Shown: positions 51,707 through 64,000 of the stretch, one piece after another
Layout of the letters: every line of letters begins with the position of its first letter
Position numbering within the stretch: position 1 is the stretch's first letter
Source of the DNA: Ruditapes philippinarum
Lineage: Eukaryota
Reading direction: 5' to 3'
NCBI RefSeq assembly: GCF_026571515.1
Contig: NW_026856503.1
Coordinates: 62,001 to 126,000, forward strand
Length of the DNA: 64,000 nucleotides
Program-made: the position numbers and the translations under genes
The notes under the pieces: generated by a model
What the model was told of the DNA's origin: nothing
What the model saw: the letters and a program-made list of their open reading frames with translations, nothing else
Database searches by the model: none

Positions 51707-51713
51707 TTATATA
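51707..51713 (-). promoter_or_regulatory. TATA box of paralog B
   Basis: TATATAA ~54 nt upstream of the ATG; position conserved with paralog A. Confidence 0.65.
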
Positions 51714-53757
51714 GTGTAATGTGTTGATGGTCTAGTAAATAGTCGAGATGTCATGGCAAAGGTGACCATGTACGTGAATAAAGGGCAAAGGTGACGGCAT
51801 TGCTGTTTCGCAATAGTATAAACACATCTATAGATCCAATGTGATGATCAGACAAAATGGAAGGTCCATCGACTATCAGATGTGTTTAAAAACAAAATGT
51901 TAATTTGTAACAATTCAAATGTAACAGTTGCTTAAAACACCAAAAGCATTTAGTACCCAAATTCGACTGCTTCTTATTTTCGAAGCTAAATCGTTTGGTA
52001 TTGGCCGCTGCCAAACTATCGCCTTAAGAAATACTGCACCGAATACATCAAGTACTTGTTTTTGTTTTCAATGATTTCAACGTCAAAATGGCATGTAGTG
52101 TTTACGTTTTTAATGATAATAGAGCATATTTGTCAAAGATAAGAAATGTTACTTTTACAAGACAAATGTCATAAAGTTTAAGACGTCTATGAATTAAGTA
52201 AAGTACACCAAAGACACAGATAACGTTATCTTTATCATCGTCCTGGTTACTATTTGAAACAGCCGCCAGCTTTTCTTTCTGCCTAGCAGAAATTTTGTGA
52301 GTTCAACAAAGATTTTTACGCGCTCCAAACGAGTGGAAACTACATTAAATTGTATTATTTACTAGCAGGTTTCAATTAAATATGTATTGTAATTATCTAA
52401 TCACTGGTCTTCGTTTTGTCACAATAATTTGTCCTGTGAAAGAACCTTAAAACAAAATAAGAGAAGGAAAGTATTGAACATCTAGGTGTGGTTATGTCTG
52501 TTCTGGATAAAAACATGTAACTTTTCTCGTGCATTCACAACTGTGGAGAAGCACGAGGACGCATTAAAAGGCCAAACCCACAGGGCGAGTGATTTTATAA
52601 ATCCGAGCACTTCTGCACAATACGAGTACAATACACGAATAAAATGCATTCGTTTTATTATTGCACAAAAATATACGTTTGATTCTTTTTTTTTTTCATA
52701 TAAAGAAACCGTCACGTGTGCTTAGGAAACCACTAGGCATCCATCGCAATTAGCTATTTTTGCATGACGCCCTAAATAAAGCATATTAAAAACGTGGAAA
52801 AAAAACACGACGCGCTCGCACGTGTGATTTTATCGTCTTCCTTGTTAATAGATACCTGCGCAGCAAGAATACACTATATTAAGCTTAAGCTATAAAATTA
52901 TGATTCGAGGGGTCAGTATAGTTCTAAATGATCAGCGAAAAGTTTATAACACATAAAATATGTTTAAGATACATTGTATTTTGTTGTTAAGGGCAATCAA
53001 AACAAATAAAGTGTTTAATGTTTAGATTGTGAACGTTTCTTTATATGTGTCGTGTTTAATGTGAAGACTACAGAATGTATTAGTCTCGAACAGTCATCAT
53101 GTTTTCTGTTTGCAGTCGAAAAGTTGCATCAATAGCAAGAAAGTGCATCTTCAAGTGTATTCTGTTGAAAACAATTCTGATTTGTATGCTCATTTTGTTT
53201 ATATCTGCAATTATTATTTACAAACGTAAAACTGCATATACTCTTTGCTCGTTGTTTTTGTTAAGTACGCCAAGCTGAAAATTGAAATTTTAATGTAAAA
53301 GATAACAATGTTTAATCGTACAGATGTAAATAAGTGCGATTGTGTAATATCTCCTACATACTCACCTCTTGATAGATCTGTTGTTTAAACAATGTCAAAG
53401 TTTAATAATCAAGTATAACAATGTACATTTTTATAAATTTTCAAATTAAATCAAGAATTCAAGTATGCAATCAGTTAAATTTTTTATTTTTATTCCCACC
53501 ATGAAGTTGAACATAAAATATAAATTGTTTAGAATGTGCCGTTATGACAAGGGTAAAAATTAGAACGATGATACCAAATAAAATGATGTAAATATACAAT
53601 CTAAATTGAAACAGTGTTGAATGGATTTGTTTACATATATGTAAAATATTAACCATCATTGTTCACGGAATATCCGTTATAAGGTGTTGTAGTTTTTTGT
53701 GTTATTACGATAAAATATATAAATGTCTTGATTAGAATTGCAAATACGATTTTCAAA

Positions 53758-56700
53758 ATGAAAGGAAATAGAATTGTTATAGATGAAAATGCACCTTTGA
53801 TAGAGCCAGAAGTTGATACAGCCGTGCCTCATGAAAACGAGAAGAAACCAATTGACGGTATTACTGGGAATAATTTGATGCTCCCGCCAAATCAAATTAT
53901 TACCAGACAGCATTTTCTCGTCTGGCCTGTAGCGTTTCTGTTTGTGACAGCGTATAATCTGACGTTTGCATCATTTGGACAATACGTATACATTAAACTA
54001 CAGAACGAAAACTTTCCTGGAATTCGTGTCAACAAAACTACAGCTTATTGTGAAGTTAATACATCATCAGACAATTTTAGGATTCAGGAGGACGTTCAAC
54101 AAAAAGCGGCAATATGGGGCATTTATTTCTACATGTCTGGAGGCTTCACGTCTATAATCGCTAACTTTATCCTAGGAGCTTACACAGACCGTTTTGGACG
54201 TAAGTTCTTGTTCATACTTCCATGTGTTGGAACAATAGTACGAACGTCTATGGCTATCGTAGGGATGCACTATGACCTCCCGCTGTATTATTACATTGCG
54301 GGCTATTTTCTTGAAGGATGTACTGGACAAATATTCAATATCTTTCAGATAACGTACCTTTATGCCGCCGACATAACAGAAAACGGTAAAGCACGATCTG
54401 TAGGAATTGTCATTGTGGAGTTGGCGTTTGGACTAGGCACTGTTGCCCCGACCTTGGCAGTCGGGTTTATCCTAGAAGAAACTGGTTCATTCCTCATACC
54501 ATTTTACATCTCTTTAGGAATACTAGTTTTTACATTATTTCTGATATTCCTTTTACCCGAGACTTACCCTAAAGCTATACGCAATCAAAGAAAGTATACC
54601 TCAAAGTTTGAAAATCTTAGAGACGCGTCCGATCTTTTCTTTAGCAAGAAAAACGCTGGTCGTAGATGGATGTACTTCACCACAATTCTTGTGTTTTCGT
54701 TTACCGTATATAACTTATTTGGTCGCACCGCTATGGAAGGACTTTATCTGTTGAATTATCCTCTGTGCTGGAACCCAACGAAAATTGGAGTATTCGGAGC
54801 GTTGAGGTTGGCTCTACAGCAAATAATTGGAATGATGAGCGTGAAATTGTTTCATATTTGTATGAATGACGAGATGATAGCGATTATAGGTTGCGTATCG
54901 TACGCAGCATCATTTTTCATAGAGGCTTACGCTACAAACGATTTAATGATGTATTTAGGTAAGCGTCTTTTAACAACATATCTTGCGTTTTATGATACTA
55001 TTAGATGTTAGCTCTACATATTTCAGTATGATCGCAAATAGTTTTGCAATTCTAGATTGAACTCATTAATTTTTAGTTCCCAAGTTCTAAATATAAATTG
55101 TAGTTACATATTCTCACATATATACTTATTATGATATCTTATCATGGAAGTTTTAAGCAGGAAACTTCAACGTCAGAGACTATATTGGCTGGAACTAGAC
55201 TCAAGGTTATATAACTTTTTTCTGAGTTCTGTCTCAAATCTCAGCATTTTCATTGGTCAGTGATTATTCTTTGACAGTTTCTTACGAATCAAATACCTGG
55301 GATCTGAGTTTTGTATTCGTTTTTGCTGTGAATCATTAAGTTAAGACTAAAACGACATGTGCATCTGATGAAGAATATTCTAACACTAGTTATTTTGCTA
55401 TATTTCCAGTTGCAATAGTTGGAACGTTTGGTTTATTGACTATACCAATGATTCGTTCTATATTATCTCAGATGACCTCTCCACAGAAACAAGGTGAGGA
55501 CAATTTATACACGAAATTCACGAGGGTTCCGCTACTGTATAATAAACATGTTTTGAATAGTATTTCATTTTCATCATTCTTTTGAGTTTTGATGGGGCTG
55601 GAACATTTTTGTTTCACACTTGAAATATCTTTTGATAAATGCTCTTTAAATATGAAATATTCAAAATGATGGGAGTTTAATTAAAGTTGTGATGTTTACA
55701 AACTAGGAATTATTTTTTTGTTTGTTAAATGTGTTGGTTGATAAATTCTAGTGAAGTATTTTGAAAAGTTACACAATTACAATGAATATACAAGAATTGA
55801 GCCGCGTCACGACAAAACCAACATAATGGCATTCGGCCAGTCGGATCAGGATCAACATAATGGCATCCGCGCAGTCTGATCAGGATCCATGCTGTTCGCT
55901 TACAAACACTATAGCAAGTAGAGAAACTGACAGCGAACAGCATTGACCCTGAGCAGACTGCGCGGATGCGCAAGGTGGTCTGGATCCATGCTGGTCGCAA
56001 ACCCATTATGTTGGTTATGTCATGACGCGGCTCAATTCATTTTTTTATTTGTCAAAACTGGTCTGACTAAACAGGTCTGGTGTGTTAATGATATTAACCT
56101 TATTTCTGAAGAGTTTAATTTTGTTCTGTTGTTAGCTGTACTTGGTAAAAGATCCATTTTCACCTTGATTCATCTATTTAATGATCTTTTTTTTTGTCTT
56201 CTGAAATTATTGTATGTGTAATGTGACTGATTTTATGAATTTGTTTGTTCTGTAACATATTGTTTATTTTTATGAACGTTTGTTCGAGCAGGAGCTGTGT
56301 TTGCCAGTGTTTCAGCTGTAGAGACTGCGGTTAATTGTATAGGGGCAGTGACCTCCAATTCTGTATATATAGCTACAGTAAAGATTCAGAGAGGTTTTAC
56401 GTTTCTTTTGTTTGCTGTCTTCAGTGTTTTTGGCATGATTCTTATGATGTAAGTAATCATCGATAATAAATATAAGTAATAGAAAGAGCATCGAAAGACG
56501 AGGCTATCAGATTTGCACGAGGGAACGTAGTAATTGTGTCATAGTTTGGAGACCTTTTTATTGAAAATATGTCAGAATACTCGTACACTAATGCATACAC
56601 TGTGTGTTAACTGGGGTGCAGGTATTAGTTACCCGTACTCCAGTTACCGCACTGTCTGTCAGGGATAAAAAAGAGCATGTTTGTTTGATTGGTTTATCCA

Positions 56701-59700
56701 AATTGGGGGTTACTTATTGTGACGACATGGAAAGGGTTAATGATTAAAAAATCACATTCAGATGCTCGTACATTGGTTATTTTTTCTAGGGTTTCATCTT
56801 GTGATGACAGAGAACCTGTCTATGATACAAAAGAAAAGAACATCAAGACACTCCGCAATCTGGTCTATACTCGGGGCCTACGCCATCTCGTACAAAGTAG
56901 ATAGTCTCGTGTTTCGATGCTCTTTCTATTACTGCTTAACTCTTAGCTTTAGCTTGTTGGCGGTTACAGAATTTACCCAAGACAACTTTCAGCCGGCATA
57001 GTCGTGCCGTTTAATCATGGCCCGCAGTGTTCGCTAAAAGATAGACAGGTCCATTTTAATATATATGTAATGAGATATATATGTAATGAAATATATATGT
57101 AATGAGATATATATGTAATGAGATATATATGTAATGAGATATATATGTAATGAGATTAAAAAAGTAAGACTAACTTGGGTAGATGAAATATCTCAATGCG
57201 TGTGTAATGATTCTAAGTATGTCTGAAATCTACATTTGTTATGATTTTATAACTAGCATTTATGATATTCTAATAATCGGTCGACAAACTGTATTTCTTC
57301 CTCTGAATTTTGTGATTTTTGTTCAGCTCGAAACAATTCGAGTGAGATACAGTCGGTTTATGATAAAGGTTATATGTAACTATTTTATTATTTATTTATA
57401 TGTAAATGAATTTAAAATTAAAGTACATGATGCAATTAGTAAATGATTATTATAATGTAAGGTAACTATATGAATAATTATTTATGAAAATTTAGGAAAT
57501 TTATCATATGCAAAAAAGAGCAAAATATTTTAGAAAATATAACGACCTGTAAGACTTTATCGCCCCTCTTGAAACTTGTTTTATCTAGATAAAGTTGCTG
57601 TTTAAGGCATATTTGGTATACTATAGCCTCCTATCCATTACAGTTGTAGTACGAACTTCAACATGATAAATGTGATTTACAATGCAACCAGAAGAAAATG
57701 AAAAAAGTCTTCTTTACTTATCCATGATAGCGACTCGCTTATTAAAACATTTCATGGGACTGTAATGTATGTGAGAAGTTAGCAGTGAACAGTGAGCTAA
57801 GCAAAAAGGCATTTCAATTTATATAGGGAAGGTAATGATCTGCTGTAATGCTCAGCTGTTTTGGGCATCTAGCAGGGCATTCCTAAATATAGTGTAAAAA
57901 TGCTCTGCTGCAATACTCAGCTGTCTTGGCAATCTAGCAGAGCATTCCTAGCTTTAGTGAAAAAAATGCTCTGCTGGAACGCTCAGCTGGCTAGGCAATC
58001 TAGCCGTGCATTACTAAATATAGTGTTAAAATGCTCTGCTGGAATGCTCAGCTGGCTAGCTAAGCTGGCTAGGCAATCTAGCAGGGCATTACTAAATATA
58101 GTGTAAAAAATGCTCTGCTGGAATGCTAAGCTGGCTAGGCAATCTAGCAGGACATTACTAAATATAGTGTTAAAATGCTCTGCTGGAATGCTCAGCTGGC
58201 TAGGCAATCTAGCAGGGCATTACTAAATACAGTGTAAAAATGCTCTGCTGGAATGCTAAGCTGGCTAGGCAATCTAGCAGGGCATTACTAAATATATTGA
58301 ACAAATGCTTTTCTGGAATGCTAAGCTGGCTAGGCAATCTAGCAGGACATTACTAAATATAGTGTAAAAATGCTCTGCTTGAATGCTAAGCTGGCTAGGC
58401 AATCTAGCAGGGCATTACTAAATATAGTGTAAAAATGCTCTGGTGGAATGCTAAGCTGCTAGGCAATCTAGCAGGGCATTACTAAATATAGTGTAAAAAT
58501 GCTCTGCTGGAATGCTAAGCTGGCTAGGCAATCGAGCAGGACATTACTAAATATAGTGTACAAATGCTATTCTGGAATGCTAAGCTGGCTAGGCAATCTA
58601 GCAGGGCATTACTAAATATAGTGTAAAAATGCTCTGCTGGAATGCTAAGCTGGCTAGGCAGTCGAGCAGGACATTACTAAATATAGTGTACAAATGCTAT
58701 TCTGGAATGCTAAGCTGGCTAGGCAATCTAGCAGGGCATTACTAAATATAGTGTAAAAATGCTCTGGTTGAATGCTAAGCTGCTAGGCAATCTAGCAGAG
58801 CATTAAGAAATATAGTGTAAAAATGCTCTGCTGAAATGCTAAGCTGGCTAGGCACTATAGCAGAGCATTCCTTAATATAGTGAAAAAATGCTCTGGTGGA
58901 ATGCTCAGCTGGCTAGGCAATCTAGCAGGGCATTACTAAATATGGTGTAAAAATGCTCTGGTGGAATGCTAAGCTGGCTAGGCAATCTAGCAAGGCATTC
59001 CGAAATATAGTTAAAAAATGCTCTGGTGGAATGCTCAGTTGGCAGACTGATTCTGAGTTCCAGGATTTATTGTTGCCAAAGTTTTATTGACATTTTCGAC
59101 TTCTAGGCAATTCTGAGGCACTCGCAGACTTTCAGGAATTTTTGGTGCAAATAGAAATAATGATATTTTTGACTTCTAAGGACCTTTAACAGACTATTTC
59201 ATTGTCCTGCGACTTTTTGAAGGACACTCGCAGACTTTCAGGAATTGTGGTGCCAATGCTGATATTGACAATTAAGACTTCTAAGGACCCTCAAGAGTCC
59301 ATTTTGGTCGTCTGCGACTGATTCTTGGACACTCGCAGACTTTCAGGAATGGTTGGTGCCAATGGAAATATTCATATTTTTGACTTCTAGGGACCTTTAA
59401 GAGTACATTTCATTGGCCTGCAGCGTATTGTTGGACACTCTCAGACTTTCAGGAAAGTTTGGTGCCAATAGAGATGATGGCAATTTTTACTTCTAGGGAC
59501 CCGCCAGAGTCCATTTTTATGGTCTGCGACTGAATCTGGGACATTCGCAGACTTTCAGGAATCTCTGGTGCCAATGGAGATAATGACATTTTTGACTTCT
59601 AACGACCCCCCAGAGTTCATTTCGCTGGTCTGCGACTGATTTTGGGACACTTGCAGACTTTCAGGTATTTTGATGCCAATGGAGATAATGACATTTCTGA

Positions 59701-61931
59701 CTTTTAGGGAACCGCCAAATTACATTTCTTGGGTCTGCGACTGATTCCTTGAGACTCGCAGACTTTCAGGATGTTTAGTGCCATTGCAGATCATGACTTT
59801 TTTACTTTTAAGGACCCTTAGTCATAAGCAGAGCATTTTTACCCTAAAATGTCATTATCTGCATTAGCACCAAAAATTCCTGAAAGTCTGCAAGTGCCCT
59901 ATAATCAGTCGCAGACCAACGAAAAAGACTCTGGGTGGTCAAAAATGTCATTAATTGTAATTATCTCTATTGGCACCAACAATTCCTGAAAGTCTGTGAC
60001 TGTCCAAGATTAAGTCGCAGACCAAAAAAATGGACCCTGGATGGTCCCTAGAAGTAAAAAATGTCATTATCTGCCTTGACATCAAAATTCCTGAAAGTCT
60101 GTGAGTGCCTCAGAATCAGTCGCAGACCAAAAAAATGGATTCAGAAAGGTCCAGTAAGTCAGAAATATCATTTTCTGCATTGACACCAAAATTCCTGAAA
60201 GTCTGCGAGTGACTCAGAATCAGTTCGCAGACCAACGAAATAGACTCAGGAGGGTCCTTTGAAGTAAAAATGTCATTATCTCCATTGGCATCGAACATTT
60301 CTGAAAGTCTGCGAGTGTTCCAGAAACATTCGCAGACCAACGAAATGGACTCTGGATGGTCCTAAAATTCACAAATGTCATTATCTGCATTAACACCAAA
60401 AATTCCTGAAAGTCTGCGATCGTCCCAGAATCAGTCAGAGACCAAAAGAAATAGACACTTGAGGGTCCCGTAGAAGTCAAAAATGTCATTATCTGCATTG
60501 GCACTAAAATATTTCAGAAAGTCTACGACAGCCAAATAATCTGTTTGCAGACCAACGAAATTATATACTTTATTTAAGAATGCCCTGCTAGTTTGCCTAG
60601 ACAGCTCAGCATTCCAGCAGAACATTTTTACACTAATTTTCAGAATGCCTTGCCGGATTGCCTAGCCAGCTGAGCATTTTTAACACTATATTTAGGAATG
60701 CCCTGCTAGATTGCTTAGCTAGCTGAGCATACCAGCACAGCATTTTTCGCACTATATTTTGGAACGCTCTGCTAGATTGCTTAGCCAGCTGAGCTTGCCA
60801 GCAGAGCATTTTTACACTATATTTAGGAATGCTCTGCTGGATTTTCTAGCCAGCTGAGCATTTTAAACACTATATTTAGGAATGCCCTTCTAGATTGCCT
60901 AGCCAGCTAAGCAACTCAGCAGAGCATTTTTACACTATTTTTGGAATGTCCCGTTAGATGCTTAGCCAGCTGAGCATAAACAGCTAAGCATTTTTACACT
61001 ATATTTAGGAATGCCCTGCTAGATTGCCTAGCCAGCTGAGCATACGAGCAGATCATGTTTACACTATATTTTGGAATGCCCCGCTAGATTGCTTACCAAG
61101 CTGAACATAACAGCAGAGCATTTTTACACTATATTTTGAAATGTCCCGATAGATTTCTTAGCCTGCTGAGCATAACAGCAGAGCATTTTTACACTATATT
61201 TTGGAATGCCCCGCTAGATTGCTTAGCCAGCTGAGCATAACAGCAGAGCATTTTTACACTATATTTTGGAATGCCCGCTAGATTGCTTAGCCAGCTGAGC
61301 ATAACAGCAGAGCATTTTACACTATTTTTTGGAATACCCCCGCTAGATTGCTTAGCCAGCTGAGCATAACAGCAGAGCTTTTTACACCCCTATTTTGGAA
61401 TGCCCGCTAGATTGCTTAGCCAGCTGAGTATAACAGCAGAGTTTTTTTTTACACTATATTTAGGAATGCCTGCTGGATTTCCTAGCAAGCTGAGCATACC
61501 AGCAGAGCATTTTTACGCTATATTTTGGAACGCCCCGCTAGATTGCCTAGCCAGCTGAGCATACCAGCAGAGCATTTTTTACACTATATTTAGTAAATGG
61601 CCTGCTAGATTGCTTACCCAGCTGAGCATACCAGCAAAGCATTTTCTACACTTTATTTTGGAATGCTCTGCTAGATTGCTTACCCAGCTGAGCATAACAG
61701 CAGATCATTGTTTTCCCTATATAAATCGTAATGCCTTTTTGCTTAGCTCACTGTTAACTGCTAACTTCTCACATACGACTGTAATTATGTTATGTTTTTG
61801 CCATTTACATAAGTTTGTACTTAGTGCAACTTTTATTTCTTACTGACACAATAACAAACATTTTTTTAATGTTTTTCAGTATCTTCACAATAGGCTCAAG
61901 AGGGTCAAAGAAAAAGGTGTTCACCGAGTAA
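53758..61931 (+). CDS. SLC46-family (PCFT/SLC46A3-like) MFS transporter, ~497 aa. Exons 53758-54958, 55410-55493, 56292-56448, 61880-61931 (last exon uncertain; alternative 56790-56904)
   Basis: MFS motif A GAYTDRFGRK, YAADIT...R, LPET, PLCW, PMIRSILSQM...QGAVFA; ~12 hydrophobic helices; N-terminal ENAPLI dileucine-type motif; GT-AG introns in phase. Confidence 0.85.
55799..56033. mobile_element. GAGCC-MITE, AATT TSD
   Basis: Same family. Confidence 0.9.
57059..57155 (+). repeat. 16-bp minisatellite (ATATATATGTAATGAG) x ~6
   Basis: Direct inspection. Confidence 0.9.
57767..61776. mobile_element. 4.0-kb Foldback-type element (MULE/FB-like) with satellite-built arms and 9-bp TSD
   Basis: GTATGTGAGAAGTTAGCAG... 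/ ...CTGCTAACTTCTCACATAC; GACTGTAAT at 57758-57766 and 61777-61785; each arm has a ~59-bp array then a ~60/120-bp array; centre ~59820-59850; no transposase. Confidence 0.92.
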
Positions 61932-62949
61932 AACACGTTTACACGAATATGCCCTACTTAGTTGTCTCCCTTGGACTAATAATAAGCGGCAAAACGTGAC
62001 GTCCGTAGTTATTTTGTACCAACGGTTTTGTTTTCTATAGGATTTTCTGAAGTTATCGTTATCTAGTGTACTTGTACTACATAGTGATATGGAGACTAGG
62101 GGAATATTCTTTTTTTTCTAAATGTTGCAGTTTTATTGTGAAAAAATAAAATAAATGAATTACATGTAAGCTTATGAATGTGGTGATAAATCATATGGAA
62201 ACTTTTGGTTTTACGACAGAAATACAAAATTGAAATCGTCAGTTACAGTTGTTGAATTAAGTTGGGCACTTTTATCAGCAACTCTCATATTTTTTATTAT
62301 TTTTTTATTAAAATACTTTTAAATAAATTTTAAAACATTCATAAACATCCCCAGTTGAATTCATAAATGGGGTTTTTTCATTTTCAAAACTATATTTTAA
62401 AAAATGAGAAATATATCATAAGGCCGCCAATATAACTTTAGATAACAAAAATAATTATGTCAGTTTAAAAAACCTAGTACATGCTTTGTAATAACGATTT
62501 TTTTTCCGATTAATATAAATTATTGTAAATTATATAAGCCTTATGCAAATATTATTTATTATTAAGTTTTATTTTATGCAAAAATTTTAATAATTATATG
62601 TTGTCATTTAATAAAAAGTCTTAAAGTATGTTATATTCTGTATAAAATCAAACACATGTCCGAATAATAAAAAGGTACATTATTCATCAGAAACAACTTT
62701 TTTTCCTTCTTTAGAAAGGACAAACATGTTTTTTTTAATTGTTTAAGAAATGGATTAAGAGCATAGTAGATGCTCGTTTCACAAGGAAAATAGCGCTAAA
62801 TTTGAAATTATTTGCCATAAAGGTAGCAACATGTAAACAAAGAAGTATTTTGACTTCCATACAAAATACTAAATCACTATAACTGTACTTAATGCCTAAT
62901 GCCAAAATGCAACAGAAGAAAAGCTCCTGCTTATTGTTCCACAATATAA

Positions 62950-63198
62950 ATTTACCAGAGCTCATTTAAGCCACCGCATGGTTCCTGGGCAGGCTCTCAA
63001 GCAGTTTACCAGTACCAGTTGCCTTCATTTTTGCAAGGAATTGATAACTTCTGTACATTTCTCAGAAGAGGTACAATTCGAATGGCCACATAAAGGATTT
63101 CATGGTCAATTACAACGAAAGTGATCTGCACCTTCCGGGAATCGAACCCGGATCGCCTAATTCACAGTCCAAGGCTCCACCTATCGACATAAATGGAC
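62950..63198 (-). mobile_element. tRNA-derived SINE (degraded)
   Basis: Minus strand has B box GGTTCGATTCCC and a CTGTGAA anticodon-like loop; body GATTTCATG.TCAAT.ACA.CGAAAG also seen degraded at ~4925 and ~16355. Confidence 0.6.
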
Positions 63199-64000
63199 TA
63201 AAAAGACAAATAGTGCAACTGTTATTATGATAATATGACCTGATTTGAATAAAATGAATGGTACAATAAACGCCACCAAAAAAAAAGACTGTTAGAATTT
63301 TTAAAATTAATTAAGCCATTATCATTGGATGAAAAAGTAGAGCAAAGACTAACGTTCATTATTCATACCCTTTACATGCTAAATTTGTTTTGTTTAAAAG
63401 GGAATTATTTTCTTCAAGCTTAAAAAGATTTTTTGGTTTCTTCGGGGCAACTAAGTAAAATGAGTGTGAATTCCCCCGAAAAAATTTTCAGCAAATTTCC
63501 TTAAAATTTTTTTATTTTTTAGTCATTTTAAAAGGTGCAATTTTTAAAAAGACAGTTTTGTTTTTTGTTGACAAAATTAAAGATATATAAATTGGGGATT
63601 TTTCCCCTTAGCACTTGGGGAATCAACTTTATTATAAGTACAAAAACAGGCGGGCTTTTCTTTATGACAATATCTACCTTATAAAAAAAAATAATATATA
63701 AAACACTACCCAGTATGTATCATCTTTAAATGGGAGGTTTAATCTAAAAAAACAGAAAACTCAATAAAGGGCAGGGAAAAAACGTGATGAAAGAAGATAG
63801 GTTACGACAGAACAGGCGCCCCTGGTTGCGGGGGTCTTGGGCTCTTTTTACTGGGGTGTCCCTGGGAAATTTTTTGGATTGGGAAAAACTTAAAAAATTT
63901 AAATAGACACAAACCAAGTAAATTCAAACAGGTAACGATGGTCAATTCAGAAAATGCTAGTCGCGAGGATTTTACGCGATTGACGCTCGTACAAGAGCTT

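Noticed and set aside
63125-63198. tRNA-His-like gene
   Set aside because: Acceptor and D stems do not pair convincingly and it continues into a repeat body; better explained as a SINE head.
63400-64000. Unusual homopolymer-rich composition (also 33160-33340 and 43250-43400)
   Set aside because: Looks like low-quality long-read consensus rather than biology.

Overview
AT-rich, intron-containing animal DNA. It looks like a bivalve/lophotrochozoan from gene content and repeat types, but the species cannot be determined from this window. Left to right it holds: (i) a ~10-11 kb tandem segmental duplication carrying two single-exon Toll-like receptor paralogs, the second with a 28-bp frameshifting deletion in its TIR domain; (ii) a 7-exon single-pass LRR membrane protein gene; (iii) two tandem 3-exon paralogs on the minus strand (33489-42074 and 46182-51653); (iv) a divergently transcribed SLC46-type MFS transporter whose probable last intron holds a 4-kb foldback transposon; and many DNA transposons/MITEs, LINE and SINE remnants. 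The standout is (iii). Each paralog encodes a signal peptide (a 43-nt exon missed by the ORF track), a short pro-region, 11-17 tandem 37-38 aa Met/Tyr-rich units ending in KR or GKR, and a ~345 aa C-terminal domain with the motif series of bacterial alpha-ketoglutarate/Fe-dependent HExxH RiPP-modifying enzymes. I infer a self-modifying, prohormone-like peptide (RiPP-like) system in an animal. The family assignment comes from motif recognition by eye and needs an HMM or structure search.
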